The notes under the pieces were generated by a model, which did no database searches, was not told the origin of the DNA, and saw nothing but the letters and a program-made list of their open reading frames with translations. Below, one piece after another: positions 38,865-49,394 of a DNA stretch of 64,000 nt (the first letter of the stretch is position 1; each line of letters begins with the position of its first letter). The translations under genes were made by a program, and so were the position numbers. Source of the DNA: an uncultured bacterium (GTDB lineage Bacteria; Oederibacteriota; Oederibacteriia; Oederibacteriales; Oederibacteriaceae); contig OZ218778.1 of assembly GCA_965112635.1 (NCBI GenBank), positions 1,760,001 to 1,824,000 of the forward strand. Reading direction: 5' to 3'.

Positions 38865-38900
38865 TACGCTACAAAACTTTAGGGAACGAGGTACGAAATT

Positions 38901-39095
38901 ATGCGGAGGCCAAGCGTGATAGAGCCCGAATTAAAACAAGAGAGTGATTTTATGTGGAAATTATTTGAACAAACGGGTTCTGTTGGTGTTTTTCTGGTTT
39001 ATAAGCAGACCCAGAAGAATATTGATACTTTTGAAAAAGCAAAAAAACAAATTCTCAAAATAATGGAGTTCGATTTTAGAGAAACAGAGTTTTAA
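38901..39095 (+). CDS. YqzL-like small protein
   Basis: WKLFEQTGSVGVFLVYK resembles the YqzL W..F..TG.I..YL.YK motif; own promoter, GAGG RBS and terminator. Confidence 0.6.
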   Translation: MRRPSVIEPELKQESDFMWKLFEQTGSVGVFLVYKQTQKNIDTFEKAKKQILKIMEFDFRETEF

Positions 39096-39122
39096 GCTTA
39101 TATAACTTATGTATTTTCAATT

Positions 39123-39159
39123 AAAAAAGTTTATATCCCCGGGGGTATAAACTTTTTTT
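39123..39159 (+). terminator. Rho-independent terminator (potentially bidirectional)
   Basis: AAAAAAGTTTATATCCC..GGGTATAAACTTTTTTT. Confidence 0.7.
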
Positions 39160-39286
39160 ATTGACTACAGCTCGAATTCCGGCAAGTATATTGTTGATTA
39201 AAATATTGTAATTAATAAAAAAGCAGTTAGGTGTTGATGAGTTATTCAAAAGCGTTACCAAACTACTTAAAAAAGAAGATAAACTT

Positions 39287-40264
39287 ATGAGAGAGAATAT
39301 TCAGAAGCTTGAGGCAGAAGCTGGGGCAGGAATTCAAAAGGCTGTAAGTCTCGAGGAATTGCAAAAGCTACGTGTCCATTATTTAGGTAAAAAAGGTCAA
39401 GTCACCGAGTTGCTCCATTCCCTTAAAGATCTTTCCATAGAAGAAAAAAAGGAGATTGGTGCTTTAGTCAATGCCCTTAGGGATAAAATTGAAAGTTTTA
39501 TCGCTCAAAAGTCTGACCAGCTGGCTTCAAGCGATTCCCAGACCCTTAAGAACAGGGTCGATATCACATTGCCGGCCGCCCTGCCTCCGACGGGGAGGTT
39601 GCATCCTTTGACCCAGATATTATTGGAGATGCAGGAGTTCTTTGAGGCATTGGGGTTTGAGGTTGCTGAGGGCCCTGAAATCGAGACAGATTACTATAAT
39701 TTTGAAGCCCTCAATATTCCTGCCCACCATCCTGCCAGGGATCTCTGGGATACTTTTTACCTTTCGGAAAACCTGTTGCTAAGAACCCATACTTCGCCTG
39801 TGCAAATCCATTTTATGGAAAAGAAAAAACCTCCTTTTCGTTTGATTGTTCCAGGACGTTGTTACCGCAGGGACCAAGTAGACGCCAGCCATTTGCCGAT
39901 TTTCCACCAGCTAGAAGGGTTAGTGGTGGACCGGGATATCCAGTTCTCCCACCTTAAGGGGGTTTTGGAGGCTTTTGTGCACCATATGTTCGGGAAACAC
40001 CGAGCCGTCCGTTTTTTGCCCAGCTTTTTCCCGTTTACCGAACCAAGTGCTGAAATGGGAGTGGAATGGGAAAGTGGCTGGTTGGAGATCATGGGTTGCG
40101 GCATGGTCCATCCAAAGGTGTTGAGCCGGATGGGAATAGACCCTGAGCAATGGAGCGGTTTTGCTTTTGGAATGGGGATAGACAGGATTACCATGCTCAA
40201 ATATGGGATCCCTGATATGAGGCTTTTATTCGAGAACCACAAATTGTTTTTAAAACAATTTTAA
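39287..40264 (+). CDS. pheS: Phenylalanine--tRNA ligase alpha subunit
   Basis: NFEALNIP.HHPARD, LLRTHTSPVQ, FPFTEPS, GFAFGMGIDR. Confidence 0.97.
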   Translation: MRENIQKLEAEAGAGIQKAVSLEELQKLRVHYLGKKGQVTELLHSLKDLSIEEKKEIGALVNALRDKIESFIAQKSDQLASSDSQTLKNRVDITLPAALPPTGRLHPLTQILLEMQEFFEALGFEVAEGPEIETDYYNFEALNIPAHHPARDLWDTFYLSENLLLRTHTSPVQIHFMEKKKPPFRLIVPGRCYRRDQVDASHLPIFHQLEGLVVDRDIQFSHLKGVLEAFVHHMFGKHRAVRFLPSFFPFTEPSAEMGVEWESGWLEIMGCGMVHPKVLSRMGIDPEQWSGFAFGMGIDRITMLKYGIPDMRLLFENHKLFLKQF

Positions 40265-40274
40265 CGAGGATGTT

Positions 40275-42650
40275 ATGAGAGTTTCCTTTGAGTGGTTAAA
40301 AGAGCTGGTTTCTTTAACCTGCTCTCCCGAGGAGCTGGCAGGCTTGTTTCCCCATCTGGGGCTCGGGGTGGAAAAGGTCATAAAATTGGGCGAAAGTCTG
40401 GACAAGGTCGTTGTTGGCCAGATCTTGGAGATCAAGCCCCATCCGGGAGCTGACCGTTTGGTGTTATGCCAAGTAAACGTCGGCACTGCCAATAATCTTG
40501 CTATCGTTTGCGGGGCAAAGAACATGCAAGTCCATGATAAAGTACCCGTCGCCCTGGAGGGTGCGGAACTGCCCGGAGGGATTAAGATTAAGCGTTCCAA
40601 GATTAGGGGCGAAGAGTCGGAAGGGATGTTATGCTCAGCCAAGGAGTTGGGTTTGAGCGAGGATGCTCAGGGTGTCCTTATCCTCAAGGATGGTAAGCTG
40701 GGTGATGATATAAAGGAGACGCTAGGACTTCATGATGTTATCTTTGATCTGGAAGTGACTCCCAACAGGCCGGATTATCTGGGGGTCGTTGGTATTGCCA
40801 GAGAATTGGCTGCGTTCTTTAAATTACCCCTTAAAATGCCTATATTTTTGGTATCGGAATCGAATAAAAAGGCTTCAGAGGCAGCTCGCGTTATGATCGA
40901 GGACCCCGACCTTTGCAGACGATATGCTGCCAGGGTGATCAGTAACATTAAGATTGGGCCGTCTCCGGAATGGTTGTGCCGACGCTTGGAAGCCGTTGGA
41001 CTCAGAAGCGTTAATAGCGTGGTGGATGTGACCAATCTTGTGCTTTTTGAATGGGGACATCCTCTGCATGCCTTTGATTACAACAAGGTCAAAGACCACC
41101 AGATCGTGGTGAGGCGTGCTAAAAAGGGTGAAAAGTTATCACTTTTAGATCAGTCCACCAAGGAGTTAAATCCACAGGTTTTAGTCATTGCTGACAGCCA
41201 AAATCCCTTGGCTCTGGCGGGTATCATGGGAGGGACAGAATCCGCTGTCAGCGACTCTACGGAGCAGATTTTGTTAGAAAGCGCTTATTTTAACCCGGCC
41301 ACGATACGCAAAACCTCAAAGAGCCTCGGGGTAAGTTCAGATTCCTCTTATCGGTTCGAGAGGGGCGCAGACCCGGAGGGCCTTATCGAAGCTCTGGACA
41401 GAGCCGCCAGGTTGATCCAGGAAATTGCAGGAGGAGAAATTTACCAGGGCAGAGTGGATTGTTATCCGCAGAAATTTGCAAGGAAGACCATTAGCCTCCG
41501 GGTAGGCAGAGCCAATGCATTCCTGGGTGTCCAGCTGGCCAGTGAAGAGGCGCAAGATATCTTAAAAAGACTTTCTTATAAAGTCAGCGGTAAGGACCCC
41601 TTAAAAGTTGAGGTTCCAAGCTTCCGCCGAGATATCACCGAAGAGATCGACCTGGTCGAGGATATAGCCCAGCTTTACGGTTATGGCCGCATCCCAACTT
41701 CTTTGCCACGCACTTTTTTGTTAGAGAAGGATCTGAGGAATCCGGTCTATATTGATATTAGGATCAAAAGGCAATTAGCTTCCTATGGTTTGTTTGAGGT
41801 CGTCAGTGGAAGTTTAATATACTCCAAAAGGATAGAATCTCTGGCCGATAGCGGGGAAATTGTGAAGATCAAAAATCCTTTAACAGAAGACCGCGATGCC
41901 CTGCGGCCAAATTTATTGGTCTGCTTATTGGACGACTTGGCCCTCAACGCTCGGCAAGACCAAGCGAACCTGGGAATCTTCGAACTGGGAAAAGTCTTTT
42001 CAGCAGGCCAACCGATTCCCCGTGAAAGAAAGAAAATGGGTATCGCGCTCATGGGATTCCAGGAGAGGGGGGAGGGAGTAGCCTATAAGGATGGAGATTA
42101 TTTTACTCTAAAAGGAATGATTGAGAACCTATTGGGTTTCCTCGGCCTCCAAGAGGTAGCCTTTCAAGAGTGCAAGAATCCCTGGTTTCTTCCGGTCTGT
42201 TCAGCGGAAATTGTTGTGAAAGGCAAAAAGATGGGAGTACTTGGAGAAATTCCCCAATCTTTGCTGCGCAAAAATGATATCAAGAAAAGGGTATTCTTTA
42301 GTGAGATAGATTTAGAAGAGATTTATTCTATGGTAAACTTTAACAAGGTTTTCAAGGGCTGGCCTAAATTTCCTTGCGTCAAGCGCGATGTCGCCGTTGT
42401 GGTTCCAAAGGACTTGCCAGCGGCCCGTGTCCTTGATTTAATTAAAACCGAAGGGTCTCCTCTTGTTGAAGAAGTGTCATTGTTTGACGTGTATGAGGGC
42501 GCATCCATACCTGAGGATAAGAAAAGCCTAGCTTTTGCTATTTCATACCGTTCAAAAGAGCGGACCCTTACGGATGCAGAGGTAAATCAGAAACACGATC
42601 TTATCGTTAATAAAGTTAAAGAGAAGTTTCAGGCTCAGATTAGGGTCTAG
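40275..42650 (+). CDS. pheT: Phenylalanine--tRNA ligase beta subunit
   Basis: IVCGAKN, SEGMLCS, TPNRPD, PLHAFD, SYRFERG, C-terminal FDX-ACB domain (LFDVYEG..KKSLA). Confidence 0.97.
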   Translation: MRVSFEWLKELVSLTCSPEELAGLFPHLGLGVEKVIKLGESLDKVVVGQILEIKPHPGADRLVLCQVNVGTANNLAIVCGAKNMQVHDKVPVALEGAELPGGIKIKRSKIRGEESEGMLCSAKELGLSEDAQGVLILKDGKLGDDIKETLGLHDVIFDLEVTPNRPDYLGVVGIARELAAFFKLPLKMPIFLVSESNKKASEAARVMIEDPDLCRRYAARVISNIKIGPSPEWLCRRLEAVGLRSVNSVVDVTNLVLFEWGHPLHAFDYNKVKDHQIVVRRAKKGEKLSLLDQSTKELNPQVLVIADSQNPLALAGIMGGTESAVSDSTEQILLESAYFNPATIRKTSKSLGVSSDSSYRFERGADPEGLIEALDRAARLIQEIAGGEIYQGRVDCYPQKFARKTISLRVGRANAFLGVQLASEEAQDILKRLSYKVSGKDPLKVEVPSFRRDITEEIDLVEDIAQLYGYGRIPTSLPRTFLLEKDLRNPVYIDIRIKRQLASYGLFEVVSGSLIYSKRIESLADSGEIVKIKNPLTEDRDALRPNLLVCLLDDLALNARQDQANLGIFELGKVFSAGQPIPRERKKMGIALMGFQERGEGVAYKDGDYFTLKGMIENLLGFLGLQEVAFQECKNPWFLPVCSAEIVVKGKKMGVLGEIPQSLLRKNDIKKRVFFSEIDLEEIYSMVNFNKVFKGWPKFPCVKRDVAVVVPKDLPAARVLDLIKTEGSPLVEEVSLFDVYEGASIPEDKKSLAFAISYRSKERTLTDAEVNQKHDLIVNKVKEKFQAQIRV

Positions 42651-42688
42651 GCATTAGGATGAGGGATCATCTCGTTGAATAGGAGGTT

Positions 42689-43024
42689 ATGGGGATGTGG
42701 CAGAAGTTTGAAGAGCAGCTGCAAGAGCTGTTTGACAAAATTGAACAGTTAAAAAAAGAGAATGACAGCCTAAAAAATGACGCGATGAGAGCCAAGGCTT
42801 CCCTGAACGAGAAAGATCAACTTCTGGAAACAAGCATGACGGAGATAGAGGAGAAGATTAAAATCCTGGAAGAGTCGAACGAGATGCTCAGCAGAGAGAA
42901 AGCAGGTCTGGAAAGAAAAAGTTTGGAAATGGGCAAAAGGCAAGATAGGGCAAAAGAAAAGATTGATGCCTTAATTTCCCACCTCAATGAACTGACCCAA
43001 GAAAGGCGAGAAGAAAATGTCTGA
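42689..43024 (+). CDS. ZapB-like coiled-coil protein
   Basis: All-helical E/K/L heptads; lies between pheT and zapA. Confidence 0.6.
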   Translation: MGMWQKFEEQLQELFDKIEQLKKENDSLKNDAMRAKASLNEKDQLLETSMTEIEEKIKILEESNEMLSREKAGLERKSLEMGKRQDRAKEKIDALISHLNELTQERREENV

Positions 43025-43469
43025 ATCCAGGCCTTCCGTACGGGTGAACATTTTTAATAAGGAATATTTGATCAAAGGGGACGCGGACGTCGAATACATA
43101 GAAAGCTTAGCTAGGTATGTGGACGCGAAAATGCGGGAGATCGCCGGGAGCACAACCCTTTCTTCAGAGTTGAAGGTTTCCATTTTGGCGGCTGTGAATA
43201 TCACCGATGAACTCCACCGCCTGAAGAAAGAACATAAGACAGAGATTGAACGGCTGAAAACATCTTATGAAAAACAGAAGGAAACGTTGGCCCTTGAACT
43301 GGAAGAACAAAAGGACCGGCTCATGAAAAGCCTGGAGGAGGGCCATGAGAAAAAGGTGGAAGATCTTGTTGGCCTAAAAGAGAAAGAAAAGAATGAGTTG
43401 ATGGAAGGGATTCAGAAGAAGATAGATATCCTGACAAATTTAATCGATGAAAAATTGGATACACTATAA
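43017..43469 (+). CDS. zapA: Cell division protein ZapA with coiled-coil extension
   Basis: V.IFNKEY.I.G, LA.YVD.KM.EI, ILAAVNI.DEL. Confidence 0.88.
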   Translation: MSESRPSVRVNIFNKEYLIKGDADVEYIESLARYVDAKMREIAGSTTLSSELKVSILAAVNITDELHRLKKEHKTEIERLKTSYEKQKETLALELEEQKDRLMKSLEEGHEKKVEDLVGLKEKEKNELMEGIQKKIDILTNLIDEKLDTL

Positions 43470-43570
43470 TTTTGTCTTCTTAAATTTAAGTTTGACGACG
43501 CGTTTTCATTCTAATCAACATTGAGTCGACCGCTTGTTTTCATTTGTTCGGGTGCTATAATTTAATCATA

Positions 43571-43760
43571 AAAATTCCCTGCGGTGTTCGTGATGAAATG
43601 ACGAGTTTTGAGCCAACACCTTTTTGGAAGGGACCCGACCTCTAAAAGCAGTGTGCATACCTTGACTCAGGTTGAGGCAGCCTAATGCTTTTTCGGGGGT
43701 ACCCACTTATTCATTAAGGTTCAAAAACCAAGTTTCACACGGCACAGGTGGGGAATTTTT
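43571..43760 (+). ncRNA. ssrS: 6S RNA
   Basis: About 190 nt with pairing ends (AAAATTCCC.../...GGGAATTTT), TGTTCGTG...TTGAGCC / GGTTCAA...CACGGCA arms, TGCTATAAT just upstream, and the conserved position between zapA and the cyclo-ligase gene. Confidence 0.85.
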
Positions 43761-43775
43761 ATTTTGGGGAAAGAC

Positions 43776-45143
43776 ATGGACCTTTTTGACAAGGAAGCCT
43801 TTATAAACAAAAACCCAGCCCGAGAACTTATCCCATCCAAGGACGCCCCATTAGCGAAAAGAATCTGTCCGGTGGATTTGGCTGACCTAGTGGGACAACC
43901 CCATTTGCTGGGGGAAGGCAAATTACTTCGCAGGCTTATCGAGTCAGACCGCCTCGTCTCCATCATCCTTTATGGACCTCCGGGCACAGGAAAGACCGCA
44001 TTGTGTAACGTGATTGCGCACAGGACCGGCGCTTACGTAGAACGGCTCAACGCCACTTTGGCGGGTGTTGAGGAGGTGCGGAACATTATCAGGGCCGCCA
44101 AAGAGCGGGCCCAATACTCATCTCAAAGAACCATCCTGTTCGTCGATGAAATACACCGTTTTAATAAAGCCCAGCAGGACGCTTTTTTGCCTGATGTCGA
44201 AGGAGGCACTATTATTCTGCTGGGTTGCACGACCCAAAACCCATTTTTTTCGATCAACCCGGCCTTACTTTCGAGGTCTCAGATATTTGAGTTCAAACCA
44301 CTGTCAGAGGGCGAGCTTAGATCCATCATTCAAAAAGCCTTAAGAGACAAAGAGAATGGGCTGGGAAATCTCAATATCAAGATCCAAGAGGAAGCGATAC
44401 GGCATTTGCTAACCGGAACAGAAGGGGACGCCAGACAATTGTTAAACGCCTTGGAGGTAGGTACCCTGACGACTGATCCTGACAAGGATGGACGGATTTA
44501 TATAACAGTGGCCGTGGCCGAGGAGTGCCTTCAGAAGAAAAGGGTGATCTATGACAGCAATGAGGACTCACATTACGACACCATCTCGGCCTTTATTAAA
44601 AGTTTGAGAGGTTCTGATCCGGACGCTGCCTTGTATTGGATGGCGAAGATGCTTTATGCGGGCGAGGATCCCCGTTTTATAGCCAGGCGCCTGGTCATTG
44701 CCGCTGCCGAAGATGTGGGGAATGCCGATCCAAGAGCCTTGCAGGTAGCGACCGCGGCTTTTCAGGCCCTGGAGTGGATAGGACTTCCGGAGGCCAGGAT
44801 CCCGTTGGCCCAAGCTGTCACCTACATCGCCTGTGCCCCCAAAAGCAATGCGTCATGCGTGGGGATTGATAGGGCCTGGAAAGATGTTTCTGAAAAGCCC
44901 CTATTGTCGGTGCCCAATCATCTCAGGGATGCCCATTATAAAGGAGCGAAAAAATTGGGCAGAGGGGAGGGGTATATTTATCCCCATGAAGACCCCTTGG
45001 GTTATGTTGAACAAAACTATTTGCCAGAGAAGAAAACGTATTATGTACCCAAAGAGGTCGGATATGAAAGTATCTTGAAAAAGAGATTAGAAGATATCAA
45101 GAAATATACAAAATCGAAGAATAAACAGGAAGAAGTGAAATGA
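43776..45143 (+). CDS. rarA: Replication-associated recombination protein A (MgsA/RarA AAA+ ATPase)
   Basis: [50 protein letters not shown]. Confidence 0.95.
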   Translation: MDLFDKEAFINKNPARELIPSKDAPLAKRICPVDLADLVGQPHLLGEGKLLRRLIESDRLVSIILYGPPGTGKTALCNVIAHRTGAYVERLNATLAGVEEVRNIIRAAKERAQYSSQRTILFVDEIHRFNKAQQDAFLPDVEGGTIILLGCTTQNPFFSINPALLSRSQIFEFKPLSEGELRSIIQKALRDKENGLGNLNIKIQEEAIRHLLTGTEGDARQLLNALEVGTLTTDPDKDGRIYITVAVAEECLQKKRVIYDSNEDSHYDTISAFIKSLRGSDPDAALYWMAKMLYAGEDPRFIARRLVIAAAEDVGNADPRALQVATAAFQALEWIGLPEARIPLAQAVTYIACAPKSNASCVGIDRAWKDVSEKPLLSVPNHLRDAHYKGAKKLGRGEGYIYPHEDPLGYVEQNYLPEKKTYYVPKEVGYESILKKRLEDIKKYTKSKNKQEEVK

Positions 45144-45733
45144 CTAAAGAAAAGCTTAGACAAAAAATGCTGGCTCTTAGGTTAAATCAGATTCCTTTAA
45201 CCAAGAAGCGCAAAAGCCTTCTTGTTTCCAAGAATTTATTCAGTCTTTCTTGTTACAGCGAGTCGCGGAATATCATGGTTTATTTTGATTTTAAGGGTGA
45301 AATCAATACAGGTCTGATCATACAGGAAGCATTGAAAGAGGGTAAGAAAGTTCTTTTTCCAGATATAATCCCAAAAACAAGAAAACTAAATGTTTTTGAG
45401 TTGAGGAATTTTAAAAAAGGATTTAAAAAGGGCTATTTTGGCATTCCAGAACCTGTTCAAATGTCCAAAAGGGTTTTTCCGTATTCGAAGATAGATATTG
45501 TTTTAGTTCCCGGAATTGCTTTTGATTATAAGGGTTTCCGAATAGGTTTTGGAGGTGGTTATTACGACCGTTTTCTCAGATTATTACCCAAAAGAGCTAT
45601 AAAAGTCGGGTTGGCTTATGACTGGCAATTGGTTCAAAGAGTTAGCCATGAAAAGCACGATATTTGTTTAGATTTATTAGTCACTAATGAGCAAATCGTT
45701 ATTATTAACAAGGCAATGCTAAAAAACCTTTAA
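45140..45733 (+). CDS. fau: 5-formyltetrahydrofolate cyclo-ligase
   Basis: GIPEP, VPGIAFD..G.RIGFGGGYYDR, HDI. Confidence 0.93.
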   Translation: MTKEKLRQKMLALRLNQIPLTKKRKSLLVSKNLFSLSCYSESRNIMVYFDFKGEINTGLIIQEALKEGKKVLFPDIIPKTRKLNVFELRNFKKGFKKGYFGIPEPVQMSKRVFPYSKIDIVLVPGIAFDYKGFRIGFGGGYYDRFLRLLPKRAIKVGLAYDWQLVQRVSHEKHDICLDLLVTNEQIVIINKAMLKNL

Positions 45734-45747
45734 TTTCCTTGCAAAAG

Positions 45748-45775
45748 TTGACTTCACTAAGGTATTTGCTATAAT
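45748..45775 (+). promoter_or_regulatory. Sigma70 promoter of HU gene
   Basis: TTGACT-16 nt-TATAAT with extended TG. Confidence 0.55.
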
Positions 45776-45813
45776 TCACCATCATTTTCAAATTTAATAA
45801 AAGGGGAGGATAT

Positions 45814-46086
45814 ATGACTAAAAGTGAGTTGCACAAGAGTATCGCTGAGGATGTCAACCTCAAGAAAAGCGATATTCAAAGGGTGATGGAGTCCTTAAAT
45901 AAGCATATCTACAATACCCTTAAAAAAGAAAGGAAATGCAAATTAGACGGCCTGGGAATCTTTGCCGTTAAAGATAGAAAAGCCCGCCAAGCCAGAAATC
46001 CTAAAACGGGTGAAATCGTCAATGTTCCGGCCAAAACAGTTGTGAAATTCAGGGTTGGGAAAGACCTCAAAGCCGTAGTTCTTTAA
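45814..46086 (+). CDS. hup: HU family DNA-binding protein
   Basis: MTKSEL, GLGIF.V..RKAR..RNPKTGE...VPAK..VKF. Confidence 0.93.
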   Translation: MTKSELHKSIAEDVNLKKSDIQRVMESLNKHIYNTLKKERKCKLDGLGIFAVKDRKARQARNPKTGEIVNVPAKTVVKFRVGKDLKAVVL

Positions 46087-46225
46087 TTAAATAGGCCTTG
46101 CCAATTCAGAACTTTTAACAGCAAGTATTTTTGATCGTTTTTGGCTTAAGAATATTTATAAAAGTGAGGCAACTTTAAGAGGGACATTTGTCCATTTTTC
46201 TCAAAGTTGAATTTACAGCAAATTC

Positions 46226-46267
46226 ATAGCCCTATTTCCTGCTTGTCCTGGGAAATAGGGCTATTTT
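46226..46267 (+). terminator. Rho-independent terminator after HU
   Basis: ATAGCCCTATTTCC-loop-GGAAATAGGGCTAT followed by TTT. Confidence 0.7.
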
Positions 46268-46306
46268 GTAATAATTGATTGTAATTATTAGGAAAAGGGT
46301 ATTCCT

Positions 46307-47434
46307 ATGGTCGAATTGAAGGAAACTTTAAATCAGGTTGAGCGGATTGTTATCAAAATTGGGTCTAGTTTACTGGCTAGCCATGAAGGCGGCCTGCACA
46401 AAAAATATATCCAGAATATTACAGACGATATATCAGCCCTGAAACAATCCTGTAAAGAAATTATCCTCGTTACTTCCGGGGCTATTGGTACAGGCATGGT
46501 GAGGCTGGGATTAACAAAAAGGCCTATCACTATCCCGGAAAAACAAGCGGTCGCTGCGGTTGGACAATGTTTGCTTATGAAAGAGTATGAAGAAGCTTTT
46601 AGACAACATGGTTATTTTGTGGGGCAATTGCTTCTGACCGCAGAAGATCTTTCCGATCGCCAGCGATACGCCAACGCCAGGCAAACCCTGTTGACCCTTC
46701 TAGGCAAAGGCATTGTTCCCATCATTAACGAGAATGACACGGTGGCTGTTGACGAGATAAAGTTCGGGGACAACGACCGGCTTTCGGCCCTGGTGACCAA
46801 TCTCGTTGGAGCCCATCTGCTTATCGTTCTTACGGATGTAGACGGATTTTATACCAGCGACCCCAGAAAGGACAAAAAAGCCTTGCCGATTCCCGTCGTG
46901 AATAAGATTACCCCTGAGCTTATGGCCCAGGCCGGAGGGACTGGTTCTTCTCACGGGACCGGAGGGATGACCACAAAGCTTTTGGCTGCCCAAATCGTCA
47001 ACCAAGCTGGGGTAGGAATGGTCATTGCCAACGGTTTGAAGCCAAAAATACTGTTAGAAATTTTCAGGGGAGAGAGGTGCGGGACCTTCTTTGCTCCAAC
47101 TGGAGATCGCATGGCTGGCCGAAAAAGGTGGATCGCTTTTTCCAAGAAAACCTCAGGAACCCTCACGGTTGACGAGGGGGCCAAGGAGGTTTTACGCTTT
47201 AAGGGTAAAAGCCTACTCCCTTCAGGTATCGTGAAAATAGAGGGAGACTTTGGCTTTGGCGATGCAGTCAATATCGTTTCCACGGAAGGCAATATTTTTG
47301 CGGTCGGTATGGTTAAATACAGTTCTATGGAGTTGGAAAAAATCAAAGGCAAACAGACCAAGGACATCGCCGGGATCTTGGGGCAGAAATTTTATGATGA
47401 AGTTGTCCACAGGGACGATCTGGTTATTTTGTAG
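46307..47434 (+). CDS. proB: Glutamate 5-kinase
   Basis: IKIGSS, VTSGA, PIINENDTV, FGDNDRLSA, GTGGMTTK, C-terminal PUA domain. Confidence 0.96.
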   Translation: MVELKETLNQVERIVIKIGSSLLASHEGGLHKKYIQNITDDISALKQSCKEIILVTSGAIGTGMVRLGLTKRPITIPEKQAVAAVGQCLLMKEYEEAFRQHGYFVGQLLLTAEDLSDRQRYANARQTLLTLLGKGIVPIINENDTVAVDEIKFGDNDRLSALVTNLVGAHLLIVLTDVDGFYTSDPRKDKKALPIPVVNKITPELMAQAGGTGSSHGTGGMTTKLLAAQIVNQAGVGMVIANGLKPKILLEIFRGERCGTFFAPTGDRMAGRKRWIAFSKKTSGTLTVDEGAKEVLRFKGKSLLPSGIVKIEGDFGFGDAVNIVSTEGNIFAVGMVKYSSMELEKIKGKQTKDIAGILGQKFYDEVVHRDDLVIL

Positions 47435-47483
47435 TTGGGAATTACACTCTTCCGGTGGTGGGTAAAATGATAAGGAATAATCC

Positions 47484-48743
47484 ATGACAGTTAAACAAAT
47501 GGTTTTGAAAAGAGCCCAGGAGGCAAAGCAGGCCAGTCCGACCTTGGCCAAATTATCCAGTGGGGTAAAGAACAAAGTCCTTGCGGCCATGGCCGATGCG
47601 TTAGAGCACCAGAAGGGCAAGATCCTAGAAGCCAACCAGAAGGATATCAAGGCAGCCGTGGGCCGCAAGCTATCCAAAGCACTCATCGACCGCTTGACTC
47701 TAAATAGCGAACGCATCAAGTCCATGGGCGAGAGTTTGATGACCATAAAGTCCCTGGCGGACCCTGTGGGGGAAATCGTAAAAATTTGGCGCCGGCCCAA
47801 CGGGCTTCAAGTGGGGCGGATGAGGGTCCCTCTGGGGGTAGTCGGAATCGTTTATGAGTCCAGGCCTAACGTCACCGTGGACGTGGCTGGCCTGTGTTTA
47901 AAATCAGGCAATGCCGTGGTCCTGAGAGGGGGTTCCGAAGCGTTTGGCAGCAATAAAGTCTTGGCCGAAATCCTCCAGGACGCCCTTAGAAAAGAAAATC
48001 TGCCGGCGGGCAGCGTCAGCTTTATCGAAAGCGTGGACCGCCAGGCTGTGGTGGAGATGCTCCGTCTGCGTTCTTTGATCGATGTGATCATCCCGCGGGG
48101 AGGCAGGCAACTTAATGATTTCGTTTCTACCCACAGCCTTGTACCGGTGATCCGCCACGACATCGGGAACTGCCACGTTTTTATCGACTCAGACGCGGAC
48201 CTGGAAATGGCCGAAAAGATATCTTTTAACGCAAAAGTCCAGCGTCCCGGAGTTTGTAACGCCATGGAAACTCTTTTAGTCCACAAGAATATTGCCAAGA
48301 AGTTTTTGCCGAAAATGGTCAGAAAGTATCAACAGGCCGGAGTGGAGATCCGGGGCGATGATGCTGTCCGAAAATATTGCCGCGGGATCCAGCGAGCCAC
48401 AGAGAAGGATTGGTACACGGAATATCTGGATCTCATTCTGGCGGTCAAGGTGGTCGCGAATATTGATGAGGCTATGGCCCATATCGCCAAATATGGTTCT
48501 AGCCATACGGAGGCTATTGTCACTCGGACCTATGAGCATGCCCAAAGGTTCCTGAGAGAGGTTGACTCAGCCTGCGTGATGGTCAATGCTTCCACCAGGT
48601 TTACGGACGGCGGACAATTTGGCCTTGGTGCTGAAATGGGGATCAGCACCCAGAAGTTGCATGCCCGGGGGCCAATGGCCTTGGAAGAATTAACTTGTCT
48701 GAAATACATAGTCTATGGGAACGGCCAGATCAGGGAGTCGTGA
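47484..48743 (+). CDS. proA: Gamma-glutamyl phosphate reductase
   Basis: YESRPNVT, IPRGG, CNAMETLL, NASTRFTDG, ISTQKLHARGP. Confidence 0.96.
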   Translation: MTVKQMVLKRAQEAKQASPTLAKLSSGVKNKVLAAMADALEHQKGKILEANQKDIKAAVGRKLSKALIDRLTLNSERIKSMGESLMTIKSLADPVGEIVKIWRRPNGLQVGRMRVPLGVVGIVYESRPNVTVDVAGLCLKSGNAVVLRGGSEAFGSNKVLAEILQDALRKENLPAGSVSFIESVDRQAVVEMLRLRSLIDVIIPRGGRQLNDFVSTHSLVPVIRHDIGNCHVFIDSDADLEMAEKISFNAKVQRPGVCNAMETLLVHKNIAKKFLPKMVRKYQQAGVEIRGDDAVRKYCRGIQRATEKDWYTEYLDLILAVKVVANIDEAMAHIAKYGSSHTEAIVTRTYEHAQRFLREVDSACVMVNASTRFTDGGQFGLGAEMGISTQKLHARGPMALEELTCLKYIVYGNGQIRES

Positions 48744-48757
48744 CCGCAAAGGACAAT

Positions 48758-49384
48758 ATGATCAGTCACCGGGGATCCGTGGGGATATTTGGAGGGACAT
48801 TCAATCCAATCCATCTGGGCCATTTGCTGGTCGCCCAGGAAGTCAGGGAAAAATATGGTCTAAAACAGGTAGTTTTCATCCCTGTTTATTTGCCGCCCCA
48901 TAAGAGCGCTAAGGGTGTCATTGAGCCCAAGCACCGTCTCAATATGATTAAAAAAGCCATCCAGGGTAACCCCTATTTTAAAGTTTCAAACGTGGAAATC
49001 GCCAGGAAAGGAAAGTCATATACTTTCGATACTATTCAATTTTTTCGGCGTCGCCTAGGGAAGGGTGCGCCGCTTTTCTTTATCACCGGTTCAGATGCCC
49101 TTAATACCCTGCATCATTGGTATAAGATTGAGCAGCTGCTGGCGCTGTGCCAGTTCATTATTGTACCCAGGCCGGGGCATCCCATGCCTCCGGCGAAAAG
49201 GTTTCTCGCCCAGCGTTTATTTAGCAAGAAGATGCTGGAAAGGATCCATTACACCAAACTCAAAGTCGTGGATATCTCTTCATCTGAAATAAGAAGGATG
49301 GTCCGGGACAAGAGAGATGTTTCCTATCTTGTCTCAAAGCCGATCGCAGATTATATGAAGAGCCATCAGCTCTATAAAAATTAA
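48758..49384 (+). CDS. nadD: Nicotinate-nucleotide adenylyltransferase
   Basis: FGGTFNPIHLGH, PPHK, SYTFDT, ITGSD, ISSSEIR. Confidence 0.94.
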   Translation: MISHRGSVGIFGGTFNPIHLGHLLVAQEVREKYGLKQVVFIPVYLPPHKSAKGVIEPKHRLNMIKKAIQGNPYFKVSNVEIARKGKSYTFDTIQFFRRRLGKGAPLFFITGSDALNTLHHWYKIEQLLALCQFIIVPRPGHPMPPAKRFLAQRLFSKKMLERIHYTKLKVVDISSSEIRRMVRDKRDVSYLVSKPIADYMKSHQLYKN

Positions 49385-49394
49385 GTCAAGCGAG

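Noticed and set aside
39160-39286. T-box leader upstream of pheS
   Set aside because: Too short, and lacks the T-box GGTGGNACCGCG motif.
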